Part shown: one piece after another, positions 9,316 to 17,199 of the stretch
Position numbering within the stretch: position 1 is the first letter of the stretch
How the letters are laid out: every line of letters begins with the position of its first letter
Origin: an uncultured delta proteobacterium
GTDB taxonomy: Bacteria; Myxococcota_A; Polyangia; Fen-1088
Length of the DNA: 64,000 nucleotides
NCBI GenBank assembly: GCA_963796685.1
Contig: CAWCMR010000006.1
Coordinates: 224,001 to 288,000 of the forward strand
Direction: 5' to 3'
The notes under the pieces: generated by a model
Told to the model about the DNA's origin: nothing
The model's database searches: none
Seen by the model: only the letters and a program-made list of their open reading frames with translations
Program-made: the position numbers and the translations under genes

Positions 9316-11538
9316 ATGACTTCAATTATCATATCACAGAATCCCGCCGCTCCTACCGCTCTCATTTCCGTTTCGCCTCCGCCGGTCGATCCCACCGAGT
9401 TTATCAAAGAGCATTTCGCGGGAAAGCCCAAAGTCTTGGAGATCGATCTCGTGATCGTCTCCCCCGACGGGACCACGCGACGCTTGCCGATTTCTCTCGA
9501 TGGCGAAACGGACTATATCCGATCCGTCATCCGGGAATGTTCGGAGATGGGTGACATCGTCTCGTTCTCGGGCGTTGCTCACGCTCCCCTAAAAGACAGA
9601 CGTGTGCACGAATGGATCCCTGCGCTCGGCGTGCGGCTATCCGTCCCACTGGCCGCAGTCGAGAACGTGTTGTCCAACCTCCCCCCACCAACCACGATCA
9701 TCGATGGGGGTGGTACGTGCGTCCCTATCTGGGCGCTCGCCGAACCCATCGAGGTCACGGACGCGGCCGGTGTGGAGCGGGTGCGCGCCATTATGCGGGC
9801 CATAGGGGATCGCGTGCATGGACTCTTGGGCGATCACGGGCAGGACACGCGCGATCCATCGGCGCCGTGGCCACTACCCGGAACCCCGATCGTTGGAGGC
9901 GTCGGCAACGTGCGCACCGTTGGGACACCGGGGCCCGTTTACGATCTGGCGGACCTTGTCGCCTCGCCCGCGCCCGCCGCTTCGCCCGCGCCCGCCGAGT
10001 CGCCCGAGATTCCAGCCGCCTTCCTGCTCCCCGACGGCCGCATCTTGATCGAGCCTAGCCCGATCGCGCATGAGCAAATGGCCCAAGTCTTGGGCATCCT
10101 CCGTCTTCGAGCGGAGGTGCGCAATCTCTTCCAGCGCGGAGGGCGGCTTGTTCAACTGGCCGAGAGTTCTCCCGGCGCGCTGGTCATCAAGCCAATTCAC
10201 CGGGCGTGCATCGACGAAGTTGTTGTTTCACCGGACATGCAATTCGGCTTCCGTGGAACGAAGGACGGTGAACCCCCGAAGCTAATTAAGACCCCGCGTG
10301 ACGTCCTCGATAACCTCGCTTGGCGCCCAGATTTTCCAGGCATTCGCGCTCTCGAAACGGTGACCAGCATCCCACCCGTCGGGCCGGATCTTCGGATCCA
10401 CACAACACCCGGCTACATTTTCGGTTTGCAGATCTTCTACGCGCCTACGGTGAAGATCCCGCCAATCCCAGAGCGACCGACGGCGGGGGACATTGAGGCC
10501 GCGCGGCCTCTACTCGACGATCTGCAGGTTGATCGCCCATTCGCGAGCAAAGGCGACAAGGCCGCCGCCTTGGCCCTCCTGTTTACCTTGGTGCTGCGTT
10601 CCGCGATCGACGGACCAACGCCGCTCTTCAGTGTTTGGGCGAATGCGCCGCGCCAAGGAAAGACCCTTTGGGTTCGGGACTGTTCTTTGATCGCCCACGG
10701 GATTGAGCCCGAACCCCAAAGCTATTCGGGTGACGACGAATCCATTGGCAAGCGGCTTTTCGTTGCCGCACGCGAGGCGCGCCCGATACTCTTTTGGGAC
10801 AACTTACGTTCCGGGATGAAAATCGGCGGTCCGGCGCTCGACTGCGTCCTGACCACTCGCCGCCTAAATGATCGGGTCCTGGGCGAATCAAAATCCGAAA
10901 GCTACCAGTGGGACACGGTGGTGGTAGTTTCGTCGAATAATCCGTGCTACCGCGGCGACACCGCACCACGAACACAGCCCATCGGGTTTCAATCCGATCT
11001 TGAGCATCCCGAACTGCGATCGGGCTGGAAACATCCGGACCTTGCCGGATGGGTGCGCGCAAACCGTGGAAACCTTCTCTGGGCAATTTTCACGATCGCC
11101 CGTGGCTACGCCGCCGCGGGGATGCCCGATCAACACCTCACCGCGTGGGGATCGTATGAGGCATACACCAAGATCGTCCGCGGGGCGCTTGTCTGGGCGG
11201 GGTATTCGGATCCGGCCTCGGTGAGGGTCACGGATCGCGACGTCGAAGTCGATTTCGTTGCAACCCTACTCGAAGGGTTGCGGGTTGCGGACAAAGACGG
11301 CGCGGGACTTTCCACGCGTCAGATAATCGAAAAGGCGCAGTTCGGCCGGAATGAAGTCTTGTCGGCCGCCCTAAGCGCAATTTCGCCGCCGAACCTAATG
11401 ATCTCGCCCGATTCGCTCGGCCGGCACCTAGCCCAGCATCAAGGGCGGAACGTCGGGGGCTGGCGAATTTCTTGCCGGAAGAAGCATGGCGGGGTTTGCG
11501 TCTGGTTCGCCGAGCGCATCTTGTCGAGGGCCGCGTGA
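9316..11538 (+). CDS. Primase/helicase-like replication protein
   Basis: N-terminal RepB-primase-like segment (PPTTIIDGGG..IWAL, PLPGT); C-terminal P-loop ANAPRQGKT and LFWDN. Confidence 0.7.
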   Translation: MTSIIISQNPAAPTALISVSPPPVDPTEFIKEHFAGKPKVLEIDLVIVSPDGTTRRLPISLDGETDYIRSVIRECSEMGDIVSFSGVAHAPLKDRRVHEWIPALGVRLSVPLAAVENVLSNLPPPTTIIDGGGTCVPIWALAEPIEVTDAAGVERVRAIMRAIGDRVHGLLGDHGQDTRDPSAPWPLPGTPIVGGVGNVRTVGTPGPVYDLADLVASPAPAASPAPAESPEIPAAFLLPDGRILIEPSPIAHEQMAQVLGILRLRAEVRNLFQRGGRLVQLAESSPGALVIKPIHRACIDEVVVSPDMQFGFRGTKDGEPPKLIKTPRDVLDNLAWRPDFPGIRALETVTSIPPVGPDLRIHTTPGYIFGLQIFYAPTVKIPPIPERPTAGDIEAARPLLDDLQVDRPFASKGDKAAALALLFTLVLRSAIDGPTPLFSVWANAPRQGKTLWVRDCSLIAHGIEPEPQSYSGDDESIGKRLFVAAREARPILFWDNLRSGMKIGGPALDCVLTTRRLNDRVLGESKSESYQWDTVVVVSSNNPCYRGDTAPRTQPIGFQSDLEHPELRSGWKHPDLAGWVRANRGNLLWAIFTIARGYAAAGMPDQHLTAWGSYEAYTKIVRGALVWAGYSDPASVRVTDRDVEVDFVATLLEGLRVADKDGAGLSTRQIIEKAQFGRNEVLSAALSAISPPNLMISPDSLGRHLAQHQGRNVGGWRISCRKKHGGVCVWFAERILSRAA

Positions 11539-11542
11539 GCCA

Positions 11543-12040
11543 ATGGAAACCTATGCGGGTGTTGAAATTCCGACCGATTTGCCGGCTCGGCTTGCGGATC
11601 TTATGAAGGCGAACCCAGAACTTTCCGCCTACGGATGGGGTTGGGAAGCGCCTTCGGAAGCCGCCCATGAGCGCGATCGTGAGAATCTACGGAAGGCCGT
11701 TTCGGTCGTGGCCGCCGTCATGGGACTGTTGGGGGAGTGCCCGCGGACGCGCGAGCCGGCCGCGAACTCCTACGCAATCAAACATTTTGCCGAGCGCATT
11801 TTTGCACTTCGCGAGGGCCGTTATTGCGGCCACGTGAGCAACGGCGCCACAATTGCCGCCGCCTTGCTTATGGGAATCGCCGTCAAAGAAACCGCGTCGC
11901 CCAATCTTCTCATGGGAATTTCGCGGAGTTGGCTCGCGCTTCTTGAAAAAGCCGCGATGCCAGCCAAACTCGAAGACGAGCGGCAAAAGTGGATACGCGC
12001 TCGCATGCGGACGGCACGGCAGTCGGGCGCATCCGCGTAG
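11543..12040 (+). CDS. Hypothetical mobile-element protein
   Basis: ORF directly after the replication gene; NSYAIKH...VSNGATIAAA motif. Confidence 0.65.
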   Translation: METYAGVEIPTDLPARLADLMKANPELSAYGWGWEAPSEAAHERDRENLRKAVSVVAAVMGLLGECPRTREPAANSYAIKHFAERIFALREGRYCGHVSNGATIAAALLMGIAVKETASPNLLMGISRSWLALLEKAAMPAKLEDERQKWIRARMRTARQSGASA

Positions 12041-12121
12041 ACGAGTCCGCACTGTAATCCGCACCCACTCCCGGCGTCAGCATCCCAGCGGTGACCTTGG
12101 GCCGCCCGCAGTGCGCAGCCG

Positions 12122-12158
12122 AATTGATATCAATTACGACCGACGTATTGATATCAAT
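12122..12158. promoter_or_regulatory. Tandem palindromic operator ATTGATATCAAT x2
   Basis: Perfect 12-bp palindromes at 12123-12134 and 12147-12158. Confidence 0.6.
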
Positions 12159-12263
12159 TGAGGCAAAGGCACAATCAATTCCATCTAACCGAGAGATTCC
12201 TTAATCAACGATGCGCTTCTTGATTGCAACAACTGGGCCAGTTAAGGTATTCTAGATCGGGTA

Positions 12264-12440
12264 ATGGACAGCTCAAGGCGCTTTCATTCAATTAGAGAGG
12301 TCGCAAAGATCTTCGGAGTGTCGGAGCTTACTGCCCGCCGATGGTGCCGAAACGGGCAATTGCAGTCAATCAAAGTAGGCGGCACTATTCGGATCCCAAT
12401 TGAGGCTATTGAGCGCCTCACAAGCGCGGGCGGTCAATAA
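12264..12440 (+). CDS. Excisionase-like HTH protein, 58 aa (absent from the ORF track)
   Basis: Manual translation MDSSRRFHSIREVAKIFGVSELTARRWCRNGQLQSIKVGGTIRIPIEAIERL. Confidence 0.85.
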   Translation: MDSSRRFHSIREVAKIFGVSELTARRWCRNGQLQSIKVGGTIRIPIEAIERLTSAGGQ

Positions 12441-12592
12441 TGAATTCCGCCGTCACACCTGAACAAGTCACGCGCGCCATTGCGTGGCTTGTTGAACACC
12501 ACGGATTCCTTTTCGGAACACCGAGAAATCTCCGCGAGATCGAATCATTCGCCCTATGGGCAACACAAAATCAAGACCGAAAGGCCGCCTAA
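12440..12592 (+). CDS. Small hypothetical protein, 50 aa (absent from the ORF track)
   Basis: TAATG coupling to the upstream HTH gene; next ATG follows at 12594. Confidence 0.55.
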   Translation: MNSAVTPEQVTRAIAWLVEHHGFLFGTPRNLREIESFALWATQNQDRKAA

Positions 12593-12593
12593 A

Positions 12594-12977
12594 ATGAGTA
12601 TCCCCCGCTGCAACGTTCCCGAGATCCTTGGCTGCATCAAAATCGCCGCGGCCTTCTGGCCCGATAAGGATGCCGAATTCTTTCGTCTTTGGGCGGCGCC
12701 CTTAATTGAATCCTGTCACGGCGGAATTACAGATGCAGAGCTTGCGGGCGCGATTGATGCTGCTCGTTCTACACCCGTGATTATGTATGCCGTGCCCGAA
12801 ATTTCGGACGTCGAATTGGCCCGGCGCGAAGATGCGGAACGCTCGGCTGCACGGGCAAGGCGCCAAGACGAAGCCGAACGCGCCGTAGCCCGCGAATACG
12901 GCCCACGCCCATCTTCGGGCGGCTATGTGAACCTCGACGAAGCTGAACGTAAGAATCGCGCTTCGGCGCAGAGATAG
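12594..12977 (+). CDS. Hypothetical protein
   Basis: ATG directly after the upstream stop; operon-like packing. Confidence 0.55.
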   Translation: MSIPRCNVPEILGCIKIAAAFWPDKDAEFFRLWAAPLIESCHGGITDAELAGAIDAARSTPVIMYAVPEISDVELARREDAERSAARARRQDEAERAVAREYGPRPSSGGYVNLDEAERKNRASAQR

Positions 12978-13001
12978 TCCCCACCCAAAGAAAGAAGAAC
13001 C

Positions 13002-13271
13002 ATGCCATCCGGATTTGAAATTCTGAATTATAGCGATCTGAATAGTATGACCCTGGCCGAGGCACTATCGGCCATGGAAGATGGGCGTGTCACGCCCGAA
13101 GCGCTGGCGAAAATCCAGAAAGCTTGCTCTCTCTGTGTCCAGAAGCAAGTCGCCAAGGCTTCCACTGTCGACGCGTGGCCGGCGGACCTGGCGCCGTCTC
13201 CCAGGGACTGCAGCAATCCGAAGAACGTCAGCGTCTTGATACGACAAGGCGCCGCCCACGGTCACCGCTAG
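13002..13271 (+). CDS. Hypothetical protein
   Basis: 89-aa ORF in a co-oriented small-gene string. Confidence 0.5.
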   Translation: MPSGFEILNYSDLNSMTLAEALSAMEDGRVTPEALAKIQKACSLCVQKQVAKASTVDAWPADLAPSPRDCSNPKNVSVLIRQGAAHGHR

Positions 13272-13287
13272 GCGAATCGAGGATCCC

Positions 13288-13857
13288 ATGAAAGAGCAGA
13301 GCCGCCTAGCGACCGAGTTGATCCAGAACGCCCTACTTCGTGGGGCGAGTAAGGCCCAAGCCGTGCTTGCGGTCAAGTCGGTCTTGGGTGCTCTCGACAA
13401 GCCCGCATACAGCGCAAATGAGGAGCAGCTATTGCTTGATCGGGTGAGAGACGCTTGTGTTCTGGCGAAGCTGGACGCCCTCGCTTCCCAGCTGCATCGG
13501 GAAAACGACGCCCCTCGGCTTGGGGGACAGGCTGCAAGTGTGAACCCTCCGGCGTCACTGATTAGGGGCAAGACCGGCGGCGCGGTAGCCGCCTTGAACG
13601 CACGACCGGCGGCGGATCCCGGACGAGGAAACACCCCGATCGCCCAGAGTCCCGTAGTGCCGGGAGTATTTGCGGCCGACACCGTCAGGGCGCTTGAGTT
13701 GCTCACGAAGGAAGCCCAGAGGAAGAAGACACCCGCGGTCAAACCGCCCAAGACCTCCGACCTCGCATCGAGTATTCAACTCGGCGGTCATGATGTGGCG
13801 AAGTCGGGCCGTCGACTAGAAATCGTACTGACCTCGGCCGGTGCGCGACGGGTCTAG
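13288..13857 (+). CDS. Hypothetical protein
   Basis: 189-aa ORF with GAGG RBS. Confidence 0.55.
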   Translation: MKEQSRLATELIQNALLRGASKAQAVLAVKSVLGALDKPAYSANEEQLLLDRVRDACVLAKLDALASQLHRENDAPRLGGQAASVNPPASLIRGKTGGAVAALNARPAADPGRGNTPIAQSPVVPGVFAADTVRALELLTKEAQRKKTPAVKPPKTSDLASSIQLGGHDVAKSGRRLEIVLTSAGARRV

Positions 13858-13863
13858 CTCGCT

Positions 13864-14562
13864 ATGGACGCCTTCACCGAGTCAACAACACCACCAAGAT
13901 CCAGGTCATCATTTGACCTTGATCTTGGTGGTGTTGTTGACCCGTTGAAGGGGAACGCGTCCGCGCTGGTTACCACCGTGGGCGGCGACGATGCCCCAAA
14001 AGGTTCGGACATTGGCCGGCGGCTCGAACAACCCCCGCATCGTTCGAGCACGCCGGCCTGTGCCGATTATCTTGCCGTCCCGGTCCGGTATCTCACCACC
14101 GCCGAAGCGGCCGTCTATCTGCGCTATCGATCGGGTTCGGCTATCCGGAACTTGGTTGTCTCTGGGCGGCTGGTCCCCGCCGGGCGCCGTGGTCGCACAT
14201 ATCTATTCCGCACCGAGGACTTGGACGCTATGCTCGTGGGCAATGGCGCTCCTATGGCTCGGATGGGAGCAAGAAATGAAGACGAAGTATCCGGGTATCC
14301 ACATCATGGACGATGGCCGCAAACGTATCCGCCTACGTGTCATCGACCCAAGAACGGGGCGGAACAAGGAGGTAGACAAAATCATTACGGGGACGGTCCA
14401 GGAAGCCACCAAACTCCGGGAGGAGTGGCGGCTACAGATCCGCAACGCCGACCAAACGGCGAAGGACGTTCCACGGTTGGGCGCCTACGCCGAATCGTGG
14501 ATCGCGTCCAAAGCGCTGCGGCTCAAACCGTCGACGGCAACATGGTACGCCCAGCGGCTTGA
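13864..14562 (+). CDS. Excisionase-like HTH protein (true start and extent uncertain; HTH at about 14088-14235)
   Basis: YLTTAEAAVYLRYRSGSAIRNLVVSGRL..GRTYLFRTEDLD; 3' part overlaps the integrase. Confidence 0.6.
   Translation: MDAFTESTTPPRSRSSFDLDLGGVVDPLKGNASALVTTVGGDDAPKGSDIGRRLEQPPHRSSTPACADYLAVPVRYLTTAEAAVYLRYRSGSAIRNLVVSGRLVPAGRRGRTYLFRTEDLDAMLVGNGAPMARMGARNEDEVSGYPHHGRWPQTYPPTCHRPKNGAEQGGRQNHYGDGPGSHQTPGGVAATDPQRRPNGEGRSTVGRLRRIVDRVQSAAAQTVDGNMVRPAA
13881..13941. repeat. Hairpin with 28-bp arms
   Basis: GTCAACAACACCACCAAGATCCAGGTCA-TCATT-TGACCTTGATCTTGGTGGTGTTGTTGAC, one mismatch. Confidence 0.95.
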
Positions 14563-15475
14563 CGATCACGTCTTGCCCCCTTTGGGTGACTTCTTCCTAG
14601 ACAAGGTCACCCACGAAGATCTGCGGGTCCTGCAGGCCACGCTGGCGAAGAAGATGGCCGCATCTTCTGTGAATGGGGTGATGGCAGTGGTCAAGATGTT
14701 GATCGGGGATGCGTCAGTAGAATTCGATCTGCCGCGCAATCCTGCCCAGCGTCTGCAGTCGCTACCGATCCGAACGTGGAACGACGAGAATCCCAATATC
14801 CTAAGCGCGCAAGAGCTTGGTTGCGTTCTAGACGCGATCAAGCAACTCACTCCGCAGCACTACCCATTGGTAGCCACCTTGGCTTTCACCGGGTTGCGGT
14901 TCGGTGAGGCTAGCGCGCTCCGATGGGACGACATAGACGAAGCTGCCGGCCTTATCCGAATCCGGCGAGCGCAGTGGAGGGGTAGGGTATCGACCACGAA
15001 GACCGGGAAGACAAGATCGGTGCCGTTGGTGGCAGAGCTGGCCGTCGTGCTGCGTGAGCATCGCGAGCGGCTGGTTGCACGTGAGGCGCCCGGACTAGAG
15101 GAGGGGTGGGTATTCCCGTCGTCGGTTGGAAAGCTGCATCCGAAGGAAGTCCTTCGTGTGCCGCTCCGAAGGGCGTTAAAGCAGGCCGGTATCAATCGGC
15201 ACTTTGCAATGCACGGGTTCCGTAGGACGTTCAACAACCTGTCACGGCAAGTAGCCGGAGAGATTGTCACCCGGAGTATCACCGGCCACGTCACGCAGTC
15301 CATGACCGAACACTACAGCCACGTCGGCGGAGCCGAGAAACTCGCGGCGGCCGGGCAGATCGTGCGCCTAGTGTTCACCCAGCCGCCCAAGACCGAGACC
15401 GTCGATGAAAGTGGGGATCTAGGTGGGGATCGCGGACCAGATAGAGAAAAGGCCACCGTGGCTGCGGTGGCCTAA
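14276..15475 (+). CDS. Tyrosine integrase
   Basis: TGLRFGE, KTGK, HGFRRT, TGH...HYSH catalytic residues; ends next to the tRNA 3' end. Confidence 0.95.
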   Translation: MKTKYPGIHIMDDGRKRIRLRVIDPRTGRNKEVDKIITGTVQEATKLREEWRLQIRNADQTAKDVPRLGAYAESWIASKALRLKPSTATWYAQRLDDHVLPPLGDFFLDKVTHEDLRVLQATLAKKMAASSVNGVMAVVKMLIGDASVEFDLPRNPAQRLQSLPIRTWNDENPNILSAQELGCVLDAIKQLTPQHYPLVATLAFTGLRFGEASALRWDDIDEAAGLIRIRRAQWRGRVSTTKTGKTRSVPLVAELAVVLREHRERLVAREAPGLEEGWVFPSSVGKLHPKEVLRVPLRRALKQAGINRHFAMHGFRRTFNNLSRQVAGEIVTRSITGHVTQSMTEHYSHVGGAEKLAAAGQIVRLVFTQPPKTETVDESGDLGGDRGPDREKATVAAVA

Positions 15476-15504
15476 ACCTGCGTTTCTATTAGTATTTTCT
15501 GCGG

Positions 15505-15577
15505 TGGAGCTGAACAGGATCGAACTGTCGGCCTCCTGAATGCCATTCAGGCGCTCTCCCAGCTGAGCTACAGCCCC
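15505..15577 (-). tRNA. tRNA-Ala(GGC)
   Basis: GGGGCTGTAGCTCAGCTGGGAGAGCGCCTGAATGGCATTCAGGAGGCCGACAGTTCGATCCTGTTCAGCTCCA; followed by CCG rather than CCA. Confidence 0.97.
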
Positions 15578-15818
15578 ATCGCCCCTTGCGAGGCAGGGAG
15601 TAACTACCAGTCGCCCGGCCGGACGTCAACCACTAGTCACACAGAGTCGCGCGGGCGAGGCAGGCTCCGTTTCCATCTCGCGAGCCGGGGAGAGCCCTGC
15701 GTTGCTTCCTGCCACGGGCGGCGCGTCGTGGCTTGACAGAGTGGGGCAGGGTGGCAGATTGTCACCTCCCTTTTCCGGGCGAGGTTGCGTCCGGAAGGTC
15801 GAAACATCAGGAGATCCC

Positions 15819-16919
15819 ATGGCAACGATCGATTTCGGTGGAGTCAAAGAAGAAGTCATCACGCGCGAAGAGTTCCCGATCAAGAAGGCGCTCGAGGTTC
15901 TCAAGAACGAGACCATCGCGGTGATCGGCTACGGCGTCCAAGGCCCGGCCCAGGCGCTCAACATGAAGGACAACGGCTTCAACGTCATCATCGGCCAGGC
16001 GTCCAAGTTCAAGCGGGACTGGGATCGCGCCATCGCCGACGGTTGGGTGCCGGGCAAGACCCTGTTCGAGATCGAAGAGGCGGCCGAGAAGGGCACCATC
16101 GTGCAGATGCTGGTGTCGGATGCCGCGCAGAAGGCCATCTGGCCCGAGGTCAAGAAGCACCTCAAGAAGGGCGACGCCATCTACTTTTCGCACGGCTTCT
16201 CCATCGTCTACAAGGAGCAGACCGGCGTGATTCCGCCCGCCGACGTGGACGTCATCATGGTCGCGCCCAAGGGCTCGGGCCTGAACGTGCGCCGCAACTT
16301 CCTCTCGGGCGCCGGCATCAACAGCAGCTTCGCCGTCGAGCAGGACGCCACCGGGCGCGCCAAGGATCGCGCCATGGCCATCGGCATCGCGGTGGGCTCG
16401 GGTTACCTCTTCCCCACCACCTTCAAGCAGGAGGTCTTCAGCGACCTGACCGGTGAGCGCGGCGTGCTCATGGGCGCCCTGGCCGGCATCATGGACGCGC
16501 AGTACGACGTGCTGCGCGCCAACGGCCACAGCCCCAGCGAGGCCTTCAACGAGACCGTCGAGGAGCTGACCCAGAGCCTCATCCGCCTGGTCGACGAGAA
16601 CGGCATGGACTGGATGTACTCGAACTGCTCGGCCACGGCGCAGCGGGGCGCGCTCGACTGGCGCCCGCGCTTCAAGCAAGCCGTCATGCCGGTGTTCGAG
16701 CTGCTCTACGACCGCGTCTCGTCGGGCAAAGAGTGCGCCCGCGTGCTGGCGTCGACGGGTGGACCGAACTACCAGCAAGAGCTGGGCAAGGAGCTGGCCG
16801 AGCTCGGCAACAGCGAGATCTGGCGCGCCGGCAAGGCCACCCGGTCCCTCCGTCCCAAGGAGGCCGCCAAGGCCATCTCCGCCGACACCAAGGGCATCGG
16901 CGGCCGCAGTCAGAACTAG
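15819..16919 (+). CDS. ilvC: Ketol-acid reductoisomerase
   Basis: GYGVQG, FSHGF, VAPKGSG, SDLTGERG, EAFNETVEE. Confidence 0.97.
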   Translation: MATIDFGGVKEEVITREEFPIKKALEVLKNETIAVIGYGVQGPAQALNMKDNGFNVIIGQASKFKRDWDRAIADGWVPGKTLFEIEEAAEKGTIVQMLVSDAAQKAIWPEVKKHLKKGDAIYFSHGFSIVYKEQTGVIPPADVDVIMVAPKGSGLNVRRNFLSGAGINSSFAVEQDATGRAKDRAMAIGIAVGSGYLFPTTFKQEVFSDLTGERGVLMGALAGIMDAQYDVLRANGHSPSEAFNETVEELTQSLIRLVDENGMDWMYSNCSATAQRGALDWRPRFKQAVMPVFELLYDRVSSGKECARVLASTGGPNYQQELGKELAELGNSEIWRAGKATRSLRPKEAAKAISADTKGIGGRSQN

Positions 16920-16996
16920 CTGGGGCTGGCGCCCGGCGCCAGGGGGAAGGAACGAAGGGGGCGGATCGTCGCTCTCCCTGATCCCGCGACAAGGGT

Positions 16997-17106
16997 GGTC
17001 GTGGACGTAGACGGCTTACCGTGGCCGTAGGCGTCTTCGCCGTCGTGGCCGACGGCAAGTACAACCGGCCACGGCCACGGCCACGGCTACGACCACGGCC
17101 GCGACC
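16997..17106. repeat. Intergenic hexamer repeats (GTGGCC / GGCCAC) in inverted arrangement
   Basis: CGGCCA tandem run at about 17067-17106 opposed by GTGGCC/GTGGAC units upstream. Confidence 0.55.
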
Positions 17107-17199
17107 TTCCGCGGCTATCGCGGGATGAGGGGATCTGCGCCCTTCTTGCGCTCGCTGTTTTCTCTGTGCGCTCCCTGTCCACGTGGTTAGATCCAGCCC

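Noticed and set aside
13881-13941. Hairpin as a protelomerase target
   Set aside because: It has a 5-nt spacer and no protelomerase is recognisable in the window; kept only as an unexplained hairpin.
14276-15475. Integrase as the IntI for the cassette array
   Set aside because: It has a phage-type N-terminus, no evident IntI-specific insertion, is linked to a tRNA and lies about 37 kb from the array.
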